In this document: one piece after another, positions 20,045-29,537 of the stretch
Layout: every line of letters begins with the position of its first letter
Numbering within the stretch: position 1 is the first letter of the stretch
From: Pseudomonadota bacterium
Lineage (GTDB): Bacteria > Pseudomonadota > Alphaproteobacteria > Sphingomonadales > Sphingomonadaceae
NCBI GenBank assembly: GCA_021847605.1
Contig: JAJZQN010000019.1
Location: 485 to 64,484 of the forward strand
Reading direction: 5' to 3'
Length of the DNA stretch: 64,000 nt
The notes under the pieces: model-generated
The model's database searches: none
What the model was told of the DNA's origin: nothing
What the model saw: the letters and a program-made list of their open reading frames with translations, nothing else
Program-made: the position numbers and the translations under genes

Positions 20045-22800
20045 CAGCGCGGCGTCAGCGTGATGCGGGTGGCGGCGCTGGTGAGCGGGATGGCATAGCC
20101 GCCCCGATCGGCCGTACCGCCGCCAAACGCATAGGGCTTGCCATCCTTGGTCGTGGTTTCGAACAGCAGGCGCGCCTTGGCTGTCGCCGTGTCGGCGGGG
20201 TCGAGCGTCAGCACGACCTGACCCGATGCGGCGTCATAATCGGCGCTGGCGATGCGGCCGGCCTCCAGCGTGATCCACAGGCCCGCAGGCGCAATGAACA
20301 GGCGACGGCGTGCGCCATCCTGCGGCACGATATGGATTTTGCCGGCCCCGTCCGTGACCTTGCCGCCGAAACCGAGCCAGCCCAGATCCTTGTCCTTGAC
20401 CGCATAGGTGGCGGACGCGATCGCATGGCCGTAAAAGCCCATGCCATAATCGCCGGTCAGCGCATCCCACTTCATCATGTCGGGCCAGCTGTGGAAGGCG
20501 GCGGACCCGAAGCCCTGCTGGTCGATATTGGTGATGCCGCCCATCATGCCGCCATAGGCGACGCGCAGCAGGTGGAGATCGTCCGGGTTCTGGCGATAGG
20601 CGTCGAACAGGGGCACGGCGTTGAGCGCCGAGCCATAATGGTGAATTTGTCGTTCGATCCGCGACACCTTGCCGCCATAGAGGAAGTCCCAATAGCGGCG
20701 GGCATTGCCGTTATAGCCCCAGCTTGGAATCGTGGGATCATAACCAAGAATAACCTCCTTGGTTACATCAGCCTGCGGCTGATAACCGAAATAGCGCATC
20801 CAGGCATAGACTTCGGGCTGGCCGGTGGAATCCCAGGCCATTTCGCTGCCGAAGGGATATTTGAGCGTGCGCCAATGATCGGCGCGGCCCTTCATCAGCT
20901 TTTCCATTTCGGCGGCCTCGGCGGTCAGGCCCTCGCGCTTCAGATCCTTCAGGATATCGAGGAAGATGTCGCCTTCCATCTGGCCGAACTGGGCATAATA
21001 GGGCGCGTCGCGCATCATGGCGACCGAGGTGCGATAGGCCCAGTCGAGATAGAAGCGCCAGTCATGCTGCTTCACCAGCCCCTGATTATCGCGGGCGAGG
21101 CGATAAAGCACCCAATGACCGATCGCGACATGGGGATAGTTGTAGGACCGGCCCAGATCGTCCGAATCCTTCTTCGACCAGGCTGTCCAGTTCTTCCAGT
21201 TGATCGCCGGGTCGTAATAGTCCGGGAATTCTTTCGGGTCGTAATAGAAGAGGCTTTTCTTGACCGCGCCGGCCTGTGGGCCGTCCGCCACCTGAAGATG
21301 GCCGATCACGGTTTCATTGACCATGCGTTCGAGCCTGGCGACTTCTTCCGCGTTCGGATTGTCGAGTTGCTTGATCGCGGCCGCGACCCAGCTGCCCGCG
21401 CCGCCCTCGTCGCTCATGCCGGCGACCCAGACGCGGCCATCCTGCGTCAGAATCTTGTTCGCCTCCCGGTCATAGGAGAGGATGGCGGGCGAGCGGTGGA
21501 AGGGGTCATCCTTGCCTTCGAACCACTGATCATGGGTGGTGAAATGGCCGATGTCGGCCATCACCTGCTCCAGTGGCTTGGTGATATAATAGCTGACGGT
21601 CTGGGCCTGCCCATCGGCATAGGTGATGGTCAGGCGGGCCTGACCCCAGCCCGACGCCTTTACGTCATAGCGCGCCGATCCCGCGCTGCTGTCGACCGGG
21701 GTGGCGGTGAGCGCGCCGGCGGGGAAGCTTTCGATCTTCGCGACCGGGCTGGCGGATTTGAGGTAGAGGCTGGCCGACTGGTCGGTCGGCAGGACATAGC
21801 CGGGGATGCCGACCGCAACGGGGCGCTTGTTGGCGACCAAAGTATCTTCGATCGCGCGGATGGAGGGGGATGTGACGAAGCGCAGGCCGATGGTGCGGCT
21901 CTGGCCCGGCGCGAGGGTGATGCTGGTCGCATCATTCCATTGCGGACCGGCCTTGGCCCATTCCTTGTCGACAAAGCCCTTGCTGGCGACGGTCCAGTCG
22001 TAAAAGCCTTCGGAGACCTGGCTGCGCGGGCTGCGGTCGGTGAAGATATCGTCCTTGGGCGCGGCGCGCGCCTCCAGCACGGGGCGGTAGGCTTCCAGCG
22101 GCGTGTTTTTTTCGGGCAGGACCAGCAGCGCCGGACCCTGACCGTTGAGGCGCGTCACCTGAAGATAGCCGGCGTCGCGGCCGATATAGGGATCGACGAA
22201 GCTGGCCTGCGCATGCGCCTGATCCAGATCGCGGTCGAGGATGATATTATCGAACACCATCGGCATGCCGAGCGCACTGATTTCTACCGGAGCGTTGCTG
22301 GTGTTGACCAAAGTGAAGCGCAGGGCGAGGACGCCATTGTCATTGACCCATTGCCGTTCGACGCGCAGCGGGATGCCCGCGCCCATCGACGCGGTGATGT
22401 CGGCGGCGGCCAGCACATCGCCGCGCGCGACCAGCTTTACGATCGGCTTGCGGGCATGGGCGGTGGAAAAGTCCTGCCACGCGCCATCGCCGCTCTTCAG
22501 GCGCAGGTGGAGGTCGCCGATATGGACATAGCCGTCGGCCGCCCGTTCCGCTTCGCGGGCGGCGGGGACATAGTCGAACGCCGCGTCGCCGCTGGGGGAC
22601 AGGTGCGCCAGCGTCTGCGTGTCTGTGCGCAGGGCCAGGTCGAAGGTCGGCGTTTTGAACGCGGTCTTCGCGATCGGCGGGAAGACCTTCTTGGCGGGCT
22701 GGGCCTGCGCAAAGGCGACGGTGGCCGGCATCAGCGCGGGCACGGACGCCAGCAGCAGCGCGATCAGGGGGAGCTTCTTGGTCATGATCTTCCTCGTCAT
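20044..22800 (-). CDS. Large secreted protein of unknown function (918 aa), candidate glycan-active enzyme
   Basis: The ATG at 22800 overlaps the upstream stop (ATGA). Signal peptide MTRKIMTKKLPLIALLLASVPALMPATVAFAQA. The track's longer start at 23130 runs antisense-free but is R/P-rich. Possibly DUF5695-like, from memory and unverified. Confidence 0.6.
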   Translation of the reverse strand: MTRKIMTKKLPLIALLLASVPALMPATVAFAQAQPAKKVFPPIAKTAFKTPTFDLALRTDTQTLAHLSPSGDAAFDYVPAAREAERAADGYVHIGDLHLRLKSGDGAWQDFSTAHARKPIVKLVARGDVLAAADITASMGAGIPLRVERQWVNDNGVLALRFTLVNTSNAPVEISALGMPMVFDNIILDRDLDQAHAQASFVDPYIGRDAGYLQVTRLNGQGPALLVLPEKNTPLEAYRPVLEARAAPKDDIFTDRSPRSQVSEGFYDWTVASKGFVDKEWAKAGPQWNDATSITLAPGQSRTIGLRFVTSPSIRAIEDTLVANKRPVAVGIPGYVLPTDQSASLYLKSASPVAKIESFPAGALTATPVDSSAGSARYDVKASGWGQARLTITYADGQAQTVSYYITKPLEQVMADIGHFTTHDQWFEGKDDPFHRSPAILSYDREANKILTQDGRVWVAGMSDEGGAGSWVAAAIKQLDNPNAEEVARLERMVNETVIGHLQVADGPQAGAVKKSLFYYDPKEFPDYYDPAINWKNWTAWSKKDSDDLGRSYNYPHVAIGHWVLYRLARDNQGLVKQHDWRFYLDWAYRTSVAMMRDAPYYAQFGQMEGDIFLDILKDLKREGLTAEAAEMEKLMKGRADHWRTLKYPFGSEMAWDSTGQPEVYAWMRYFGYQPQADVTKEVILGYDPTIPSWGYNGNARRYWDFLYGGKVSRIERQIHHYGSALNAVPLFDAYRQNPDDLHLLRVAYGGMMGGITNIDQQGFGSAAFHSWPDMMKWDALTGDYGMGFYGHAIASATYAVKDKDLGWLGFGGKVTDGAGKIHIVPQDGARRRLFIAPAGLWITLEAGRIASADYDAASGQVVLTLDPADTATAKARLLFETTTKDGKPYAFGGGTADRGGYAIPLTSAATRITLTPR

Positions 22801-25157
22801 TTCGCGGCGGGGCTGCGGGTAGCTTGCGGCGCGGTGAGCGCGGGCGGGGTTTCGCCCAGCAGGTTGAGCGTGAAATAGTCGCGCAGCTTCTTCCAGAAGA
22901 AGGGCTGATAGACGCGGTGGGTGGTGTTGGGCAGGACGACGAGATCGACATCGCGGCCGGCATCCATCAGCGCTTTGGCCAGGCGGAAGCTTTCCGTCAC
23001 CGGCACATTGTCGTCGATATCGCCATGGATCAGCAGCAGCTTGCCCATCAGATTGCCCGCGACCGACATGTTGCTGTTGCGTTCCCATGTCGCTTCGTCG
23101 GGGTTGCCCATGGAGACTTCGGGCCACCATGTCTTGTCGAGGCGCAGGTCGTGATTGCCCGAGGAGGACACGCCGACTTTGAAGAATTCCGGCCGGCGCA
23201 GCAGGAAGCGGGCCGTGTCATAGCCGCCGGCCGATCCGCCGAACACGCCGACGCGGGTGGCGTCCATATAGGGATATTTGGCGGCCATCTGACGGATGAG
23301 GCCGATATGGTCGTCCAGCCCGACTTCGCCCAGATTCTGATAGGCAGGCAGGCGGAAAGCCTGTCCCCGGCGGGAGGTGCCGGTGCCGTCGATCATCACC
23401 ACGATCGCGCCGATCTGGGTCACGGCATTGCCCGAGACGCGGTGGGCGTCGTTCCAGGTGGCGGGAACGTCGGTCGTGGTTGGGCCGGTATAGACATTGT
23501 CGATGATCGGATAGCTACGCTTCGCATCGAAATTGGCCGGGCGGAAGATCATGCCGTAGATCGGCGTATGGCCGTCCGCTGCGACGCCCTGAAACGGTTC
23601 GGGCGACGTATAGCCGGCGGCGCGCAGGCGGCTGTCATCGGCGGTGGCGAGGTCCAGGACGATCCTGCCGGTCTGCCCGTCGCGCAGCACGGCGTGGGTG
23701 GGGCTGGTCGGGCTGGACATCTGATCCACGATCCATTGGCCGTCGTCGGACAGGGTGGCGTCATGATCGAGCGGTTCAGGCGTCAGTTCGGTCGGGTCGC
23801 CGCCAGCCATCGACACGCGATAGAGGGCGCGCCAATAGGGATTGCGGGCCTTTTCCCGGCCGACGCCGGTGACGATGAGGGAGGATTTGTCGCCGGCGAC
23901 ATGGTCGACCGAGAGGACTTCCCATTCCCCGCGGGTCAGCGCTTTCCCGCCATCGGGGGCATCGGGCGTGACGAGATAGAGTTGCGCCCAGCCCGACCGT
24001 TCGGAGATGGCGAGTTCACCGCCCAGGTCAGGCGCGGGCATGATCATGCTGGAGGTGACGGTGACGAGCGGTTTGACCGCTTCATGCGCGACGATGCGCG
24101 CGGCGCCGGTGTCGGGATCGGCCTGATAGACGGCCTGCTGCTTATAGCCGCGTTCGGTCCACAGGATGCGCGGCTTGCCATTGATCCAGCCCATGTCGGG
24201 CGGCGAGGGGTAGAGGATGGATTCCGACGGAATCGCCAGCGGCACGATCTTCGCCTTGCCCGCCTTCATCGCCTGTTCGATGTCGATGACGAAGCGGGTC
24301 GCCTGTGGCAGCTTCTCCGCGCCGGCGAGCGGATAGACATAGGAGAAGCTGCGCGGGTAAAATTCGCCCGGCGGATTTTGCTGGGTGATGGAGAGTTTCT
24401 TGACGTCGCGCGTGTCGAGACGCCAGCTCAGCAGATAGCGGCCATCGGGCGACCATGCGCCCGAAACGGGCATGTCCGGTTCTTCCGCGCCGGCGCGCAA
24501 AATGTCGGCCAGTTGCGGGATGGAGCGGCCATAAGGCTGTTCGCGCGTGCCATCGGTGGTGAGGGCGACTTCCCGACCATTCTTAACATCGACCGCGATC
24601 AGATTGTAATTGCAGGCGATGATGCGGAAACGACCGTCGGGCGAGGGGAGGGAAAGGTCTTCCGACTTCTTGTCTTCGGCGATGCGCTCCGCCTTGTCGG
24701 CGGTCAGGGTCCAGCGGCCGTCGAGGGCGTCGAAGCGCAGGGCCTTGGTCGCGGGGTCATAATCGACATCGGCGATGCGGGCCGCGTCGACATCGACGCT
24801 TTTGCCGGTGGCGCCGCCGAGCGCGGCGAGCAGCCCTGCGGTGGTGGCGACCGGCGTCTTGGTCAGCGTGGCGAGATCGACATAGACATAGTTTTGCGCA
24901 TGACGATTGCCGGTGCGGTAGAGCAGGCCCTTGCCTTCTGCAACGAAGCGGGGGGCGACGTCGGCATTGTCGATCAGGTCGGACAGGCCCTGACCATTGA
25001 ACCGATCGGACAAGGCGTAGCGCGCGACGATATCGGGCTGTGCGCTGGCGATTGTTGAGGCGGATTTCGCCTGCGCCGCGAGCGGGCTGGCCGCGACGGC
25101 GCAGGCCAGGGCGAACAGGCTGATGGATCGGGATGCGGAAGAAGAAAATGCACGCAT
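22797..25157 (-). CDS. S9-family serine peptidase, dipeptidyl-peptidase-IV-like
   Basis: 786 aa with a signal peptide and an N-terminal beta-propeller-type region. C-terminal triad context: GVFGGSAGGY, HGDIDDNV, NTTHRV. Confidence 0.85.
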   Translation of the reverse strand: MRAFSSSASRSISLFALACAVAASPLAAQAKSASTIASAQPDIVARYALSDRFNGQGLSDLIDNADVAPRFVAEGKGLLYRTGNRHAQNYVYVDLATLTKTPVATTAGLLAALGGATGKSVDVDAARIADVDYDPATKALRFDALDGRWTLTADKAERIAEDKKSEDLSLPSPDGRFRIIACNYNLIAVDVKNGREVALTTDGTREQPYGRSIPQLADILRAGAEEPDMPVSGAWSPDGRYLLSWRLDTRDVKKLSITQQNPPGEFYPRSFSYVYPLAGAEKLPQATRFVIDIEQAMKAGKAKIVPLAIPSESILYPSPPDMGWINGKPRILWTERGYKQQAVYQADPDTGAARIVAHEAVKPLVTVTSSMIMPAPDLGGELAISERSGWAQLYLVTPDAPDGGKALTRGEWEVLSVDHVAGDKSSLIVTGVGREKARNPYWRALYRVSMAGGDPTELTPEPLDHDATLSDDGQWIVDQMSSPTSPTHAVLRDGQTGRIVLDLATADDSRLRAAGYTSPEPFQGVAADGHTPIYGMIFRPANFDAKRSYPIIDNVYTGPTTTDVPATWNDAHRVSGNAVTQIGAIVVMIDGTGTSRRGQAFRLPAYQNLGEVGLDDHIGLIRQMAAKYPYMDATRVGVFGGSAGGYDTARFLLRRPEFFKVGVSSSGNHDLRLDKTWWPEVSMGNPDEATWERNSNMSVAGNLMGKLLLIHGDIDDNVPVTESFRLAKALMDAGRDVDLVVLPNTTHRVYQPFFWKKLRDYFTLNLLGETPPALTAPQATRSPAAK

Positions 25158-25226
25158 GATTGCTGGTGGCCCGTCATGTCATGGAAAAGTTGGCGCAGTC
25201 ATGACCATGAACCATGGACCCGTCAA

Positions 25227-25242
25227 TAAAATTATACGATAT
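25227..25242. promoter_or_regulatory. Operator-like site TAAAATTATACGATAT (one perfect half-site)
   Basis: Lies in the divergent region between the S9 peptidase operon (25157) and the GntR/FadR gene (25305). The right half TACGATAT is identical to the consensus. Confidence 0.5.
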
Positions 25243-25304
25243 ATGATCCGGCTTTTTCAGAGAATGGACTGACGCGGCGTGATAAGGAAACGGAAAAGGA
25301 CGGG

Positions 25305-26054
25305 ATGACGGGCATGGATGAAGACAGGCAGGACAAGGATGGCGCAGCCTTTGCGCCGCTGGCGACCGGGCGGCTGCACCATGCCGTGGCGCAGCGGTTG
25401 GGCACGCAGATTGCCGGGGGCGTGCTGCCGGTGGGTCATGTGTTCGCCGCCGAAGTGGACCATGCCGAATCGCTGGGCGTATCACGATCGGTGTTGCGCG
25501 AAGCTTTTCGCATCCTGACCGCCAAGGGGTTGGTCAGTAGCCGGCCCAAGGCGGGGACGCGCGTCAACGAGCGGCGCAAATGGAGCATGCTGGACCCCGA
25601 TGTGCTGGCCTGGCAAATCCAGTCCGAACCGAGCGACGCCTTTTTGCGCGACCTGTTCGAACTGCGCATGATGGTGGAGCCGCAGGCGGCGGAAATGGCG
25701 GCGCAGCGGCGCAGCGACGAGCAGTTGGCGGACATGGCCAATGCGCTGGACGCCATGGAGCGCTATACGCTGGCGACCGAAAAGGGGCGGGCGGCGGACC
25801 AGAGGTTCCACGGATTGCTGATGGAGGCGGCGCAGAATGAACTGCTTTATGGCCTGTCCAGTTCGATCATGTCGGCGATCGCATGGACCACGGCAGCCAA
25901 GCAGCGGGTCCAGGAAGCGCCGCGCGATCCCATGCCCGAACATCGCGCGCTCTATCGGGAAATCGAGGCGCGCAATCCGCGTCAGGCGCAGAAAGCCATG
26001 CGCGTGCTGATCGAGCTGGCGCTGGCGGACATGGAGGTGGCGTTGCGGCGCTGA
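25305..26054 (+). CDS. GntR/FadR-family transcriptional regulator (FCD domain)
   Basis: wHTH LGVSRSVLREAFRILTAKGLV plus an FCD domain. Confidence 0.85.
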   Translation: MTGMDEDRQDKDGAAFAPLATGRLHHAVAQRLGTQIAGGVLPVGHVFAAEVDHAESLGVSRSVLREAFRILTAKGLVSSRPKAGTRVNERRKWSMLDPDVLAWQIQSEPSDAFLRDLFELRMMVEPQAAEMAAQRRSDEQLADMANALDAMERYTLATEKGRAADQRFHGLLMEAAQNELLYGLSSSIMSAIAWTTAAKQRVQEAPRDPMPEHRALYREIEARNPRQAQKAMRVLIELALADMEVALRR

Positions 26055-26106
26055 TCCCGGATCGAACAAGTCGGACAATAGGGATTGACAGCATGACCCT
26101 TCCCTC

Positions 26107-26126
26107 TATCGTATAGTATACGATAT
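26107..26126. promoter_or_regulatory. Operator-like palindrome TATCGTATA-G-TATACGATA(T)
   Basis: 9-1-9 perfect inverted repeat, 20 nt upstream of the GH127 start. It can also be read as two overlapping consensus-like 16-mers. Confidence 0.65.
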
Positions 26127-26145
26127 TCGGTAGGAGTGTTTAGGA

Positions 26146-28515
26146 ATGAAAGCCAATCGCCGCGAGTGGCTGGCAGGGGTGGCCGCCCTTGCTGTCTGCG
26201 CTGTTCCCTTTTCGGGCATGGCCGCGATCGCGCCCAAAATTCCATTGCGGGCAAAGCCGCTGCCGCTGACCGATGTGCGGTTGCGCCCGTCCGACTATGC
26301 GACCGCGGTAGAGGTGAATATCGCCTATCTCCTGTCGCTCAGCCCCGATCGTTTCCTGCATAATTTCCGCAAATATGCCGGGCTGGAACCCAAGGCGCCC
26401 ATCTATGGCGGCTGGGAATCCGACACGATCGCCGGCCATACGCTGGGCCATTATATCACCGCGCTGGTGCTGGGATGGCAGCAGACGGGCAATGCGGAAT
26501 GCCGCCGCCGGGCCGATTATATCGTCGATGAACTGGCGCTGTGTCAGGCGCAGCGCAAGGATGGCTATATCGGCGCGCTGGGTCGCAAGACCAAGGACGG
26601 CCAGATCGTCGATGGCGAGCAGATATTCCCCGAAGTCATGCAGGGGCAGATCAAGTCGGGCGGGTTCGACCTGAACGGCAGCTGGTCGCCGCTCTACACC
26701 GTCCACAAATATTTCGCCGGCCTGCTCGACGTCCATGGCGCCTGGGGCAATGCCAAGGCGCTGGAGGTCGTGATCGGCCTGGGCGGTTATTTCGAGAAGG
26801 TGTTCGCCGCGCTCAACGATGCGCAGATACAGGAACTGCTGAACTGCGAATATGGCGGCCTGAACGACAGCTATGCCGAGTTGTACGCGCGCACCGGCGA
26901 CGCGCGCTGGCTGGCGGTGGCGGAGCGCATCTATGACCGTCGGGTTCTTGATCCGCTAGTGGCGCAGGAGGACAAGCTGTCCAATTTCCACGCCAATACG
27001 CAGGTGCCCAAGCTGATCGGCCTGGCCCGCATCCATGAACTGACGGGCAAGGAAGAGCCGGGTCGGGCCGCGCGCTTCTTCTTCGACCGGGTAACGCAGC
27101 ATCACAGCTATGTCATTGGCGGCAATGCCGACCGCGAATATTTCTTCGAACCGGACACGGTGGCGCTGCATCTGACCGAGTCCACCTGTGAACATTGCAA
27201 CAGCTATAATATGCTGAAGCTGACCCGGCATCTATATGGCTGGCAGCCCGACGGCGCATTGTTCGACTATTATGAGCGGGCGCACCTGAACCATGTCATG
27301 TCGGCGCAGAACCCGGCCAATGCCGGCTTCACCTATATGACGCCGATGATGAGCGGCGCGCCGCGCGGCTATTCGCAGCCCGACGAAGACGCTTTCTGGT
27401 GCTGTGTCGGATCGGGCATGGAAAGCCACGCCAAACATGGCGATTCCATTTACTGGGAGGGCGACGACACCTTGTTCGTCAACCTGTTCATCCCGTCGGA
27501 AGCGCAGTGGAAGGCGAAGGGCGTCGGCCTGACGCTGGATACCGAATATCCGTTCAAGCCGGATATCAGGCTGACGATCGACGCGGTGAAGCAGGGCGCG
27601 TTTTCGCTGGCGCTGCGCATTCCCGGCTGGGCCAATGGGCGTTTTGGATTGACGGTGAATAATGCGCCGGTGTCGGCCAAGCCCGCCAATGGCTATGCGG
27701 TCGTCACCCGCCGCTGGAAGAAGGGCGATGTGGTGGCGCTGAGCCTGCCGCTGGACCTGCGGCTGGAAGCGGCGCCCGGATCGCCCGATGTGGTGGCGGT
27801 GGTGCGCGGGCCGATGGTGATGGCAGCGGACCTTGGTCCGTCGGAAATGGACTGGACCGGGGTGGAACCGGCGATGGTGGGCGAAGATCCGCTAGCGGCC
27901 TTTGCGCCGATCGTGTCGGATCGTCCGCGCTATCGCACGCAGAATATCATCCGTCCGGCGAACCTCGCCTTCGTGCCATTCTACAGCCAGTATGAGCGGC
28001 GCAGCGCGGTCTATTTCAAGCGCTTTTCGGAATCTGCGTGGAAGACCGAGGAGGCCGCTTTCCTGGCGGAGCAGGCGCGGCAGAAGGATATCGCGGCCCG
28101 ATCGATCGACATCATGCATCTGGGCGAAATGCAGCCCGAGCGCGACCATGCGCTGACGTCGGAGCTGAGCTATCCCGCCTCCTATCGCGGGCGCAACGGG
28201 CGCGATGCGCGGTCGGGCGGCTATTTCGAATTCACCATGAAGGTGAAGCCGGGGCCGTTGCTGTTGCAGGCGACCTATTGGGGCGGGGAGCGCAAGCGCA
28301 GCTTCGACATCATGGTCGACAATGTGAAACTGGCGACGCAGAGCCTGGACAATGACAAGCCGGGCAAGTTCCTGGACGTCGATTACCCGATCCCCGAGGC
28401 GCTGACCAAGGGCAAGACCAGCGTGAAGGTGCGTTTCGTGCCGCATGATCGCAGTTCGGCCGGGCCGGTGTTCGGCGTACGGCTGTTCACGGCAAAGCCG
28501 GCGACCTCTGCATGA
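26146..28515 (+). CDS. GH127-like beta-L-arabinofuranosidase (DUF1680 family)
   Basis: Twin-arginine-like leader (MKANRREWLAG). Motifs ESTCEHCNSYNMLKL and FWCCVGSGMESHAKHG correspond to the Glu/Cys3 zinc and nucleophile site known from HypBA1. Confidence 0.8.
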   Translation: MKANRREWLAGVAALAVCAVPFSGMAAIAPKIPLRAKPLPLTDVRLRPSDYATAVEVNIAYLLSLSPDRFLHNFRKYAGLEPKAPIYGGWESDTIAGHTLGHYITALVLGWQQTGNAECRRRADYIVDELALCQAQRKDGYIGALGRKTKDGQIVDGEQIFPEVMQGQIKSGGFDLNGSWSPLYTVHKYFAGLLDVHGAWGNAKALEVVIGLGGYFEKVFAALNDAQIQELLNCEYGGLNDSYAELYARTGDARWLAVAERIYDRRVLDPLVAQEDKLSNFHANTQVPKLIGLARIHELTGKEEPGRAARFFFDRVTQHHSYVIGGNADREYFFEPDTVALHLTESTCEHCNSYNMLKLTRHLYGWQPDGALFDYYERAHLNHVMSAQNPANAGFTYMTPMMSGAPRGYSQPDEDAFWCCVGSGMESHAKHGDSIYWEGDDTLFVNLFIPSEAQWKAKGVGLTLDTEYPFKPDIRLTIDAVKQGAFSLALRIPGWANGRFGLTVNNAPVSAKPANGYAVVTRRWKKGDVVALSLPLDLRLEAAPGSPDVVAVVRGPMVMAADLGPSEMDWTGVEPAMVGEDPLAAFAPIVSDRPRYRTQNIIRPANLAFVPFYSQYERRSAVYFKRFSESAWKTEEAAFLAEQARQKDIAARSIDIMHLGEMQPERDHALTSELSYPASYRGRNGRDARSGGYFEFTMKVKPGPLLLQATYWGGERKRSFDIMVDNVKLATQSLDNDKPGKFLDVDYPIPEALTKGKTSVKVRFVPHDRSSAGPVFGVRLFTAKPATSA

Positions 28516-29537
28516 GCGATAGCGTGGCGATGACCCTGGCGGAGGCCGATGCGCTGGCCCGCAAGGTGCTGGAAGGGCGGGGTCTGGCGCCCGATCATGC
28601 CGCCGCTGTCGCCCGGACGATGGTGGCGGGGGAGCGGGATGGTTGCGCCTCGCATGGCCTGTATCGTCTGCTGGTCGCCGCCAATTCGATCGAGCGCGGC
28701 GTGGTCGCGCCCGATGCGGTGCCGGTGGTGAGCGAACCCGCCGCCGCGCTGGTCCGGGTCGATGGCAAGGGCGGCTTTGCGCAATTGCCGTTCGAGCGGG
28801 GGCTGCCGTTGTTGGTCGACAAGGCGCGCAAGTTCGGCATCGCGGCGCTGGCGCTCAACAATGTCGTGCATTTTGCGGCGCTGTGGCCGGAAGTCGAGGC
28901 GCTGACCAATGCGGGGCTGGTGGGGCTGGCCTTTACGCCCAGCCATGCCTGGGTCGCGCCGGAGGGTGGGACCAAGCCGGTATTCGGCACCAACCCGATC
29001 GCCTTTGGCTGGCCGCGTCCCGGTGGGCATCCCTTTGTGTTCGACTTCGCCACCAGCGCGGTGGCGCGAGGCGAGATCGAACTGCATCGCCGCGCGGGCA
29101 AGACGATCCCGCCCGAATGGGGCTATGATAGCGAAGGCCATCCTTCGATCGATCCCAAGGCGGTGCTGGACGGGGCGATGCGCACGTTTGGCGGGCATAA
29201 GGGATCGGCGCTGGCGGCGATGGTGGAACTGATCGCCGGGCCGCTGATTGGCGACATGACCAGCGCGGAATCGATGGCGGCGGACGAAGGCCGCATGGGA
29301 TCGCCGATCGGCGGCGAACTGGTGATCGCGATCGATCCGGCCGGTTTTCTGGGCGCGAGTGTCGAGGATCATCTGGGCCGGGCCGAAGCGATGTTCGAAG
29401 CCATTACGGGGCAGGGCGCGCGTCTGCCCGGCGCGCGGCGTTATGTCGCGCGGGCGCAGTCCGATGCGCAAGGCGTGCGCATCCCGGCGCAGCTTCACCG
29501 GGACATATTGGCATTGTTGGAAGGGGAAATGGCGTGA
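28512..29537 (+). CDS. Ldh_2-family oxidoreductase (malate/L-lactate dehydrogenase 2; candidate pyrroline/piperideine-2-carboxylate reductase)
   Basis: ERDGCASHGLYRL, NPIAFG and GHKGSALA motifs. The start overlaps the GH127 stop (ATGA). Confidence 0.8.
   Translation: MSDSVAMTLAEADALARKVLEGRGLAPDHAAAVARTMVAGERDGCASHGLYRLLVAANSIERGVVAPDAVPVVSEPAAALVRVDGKGGFAQLPFERGLPLLVDKARKFGIAALALNNVVHFAALWPEVEALTNAGLVGLAFTPSHAWVAPEGGTKPVFGTNPIAFGWPRPGGHPFVFDFATSAVARGEIELHRRAGKTIPPEWGYDSEGHPSIDPKAVLDGAMRTFGGHKGSALAAMVELIAGPLIGDMTSAESMAADEGRMGSPIGGELVIAIDPAGFLGASVEDHLGRAEAMFEAITGQGARLPGARRYVARAQSDAQGVRIPAQLHRDILALLEGEMA

Noticed and set aside
20044-23130. Long N-terminal extensions offered by the ORF track (this ORF, also virB8 at 50386-51423, virB10 at 48352-49734, virB1 at 56682-57632 and virB6 at 51465-52592)
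   Set aside because: The extensions are R/P/S-rich and overlap the upstream gene. Internal starts give proper signal peptides or TM segments, RBS-like sequences, or stop-start overlaps with the preceding gene.
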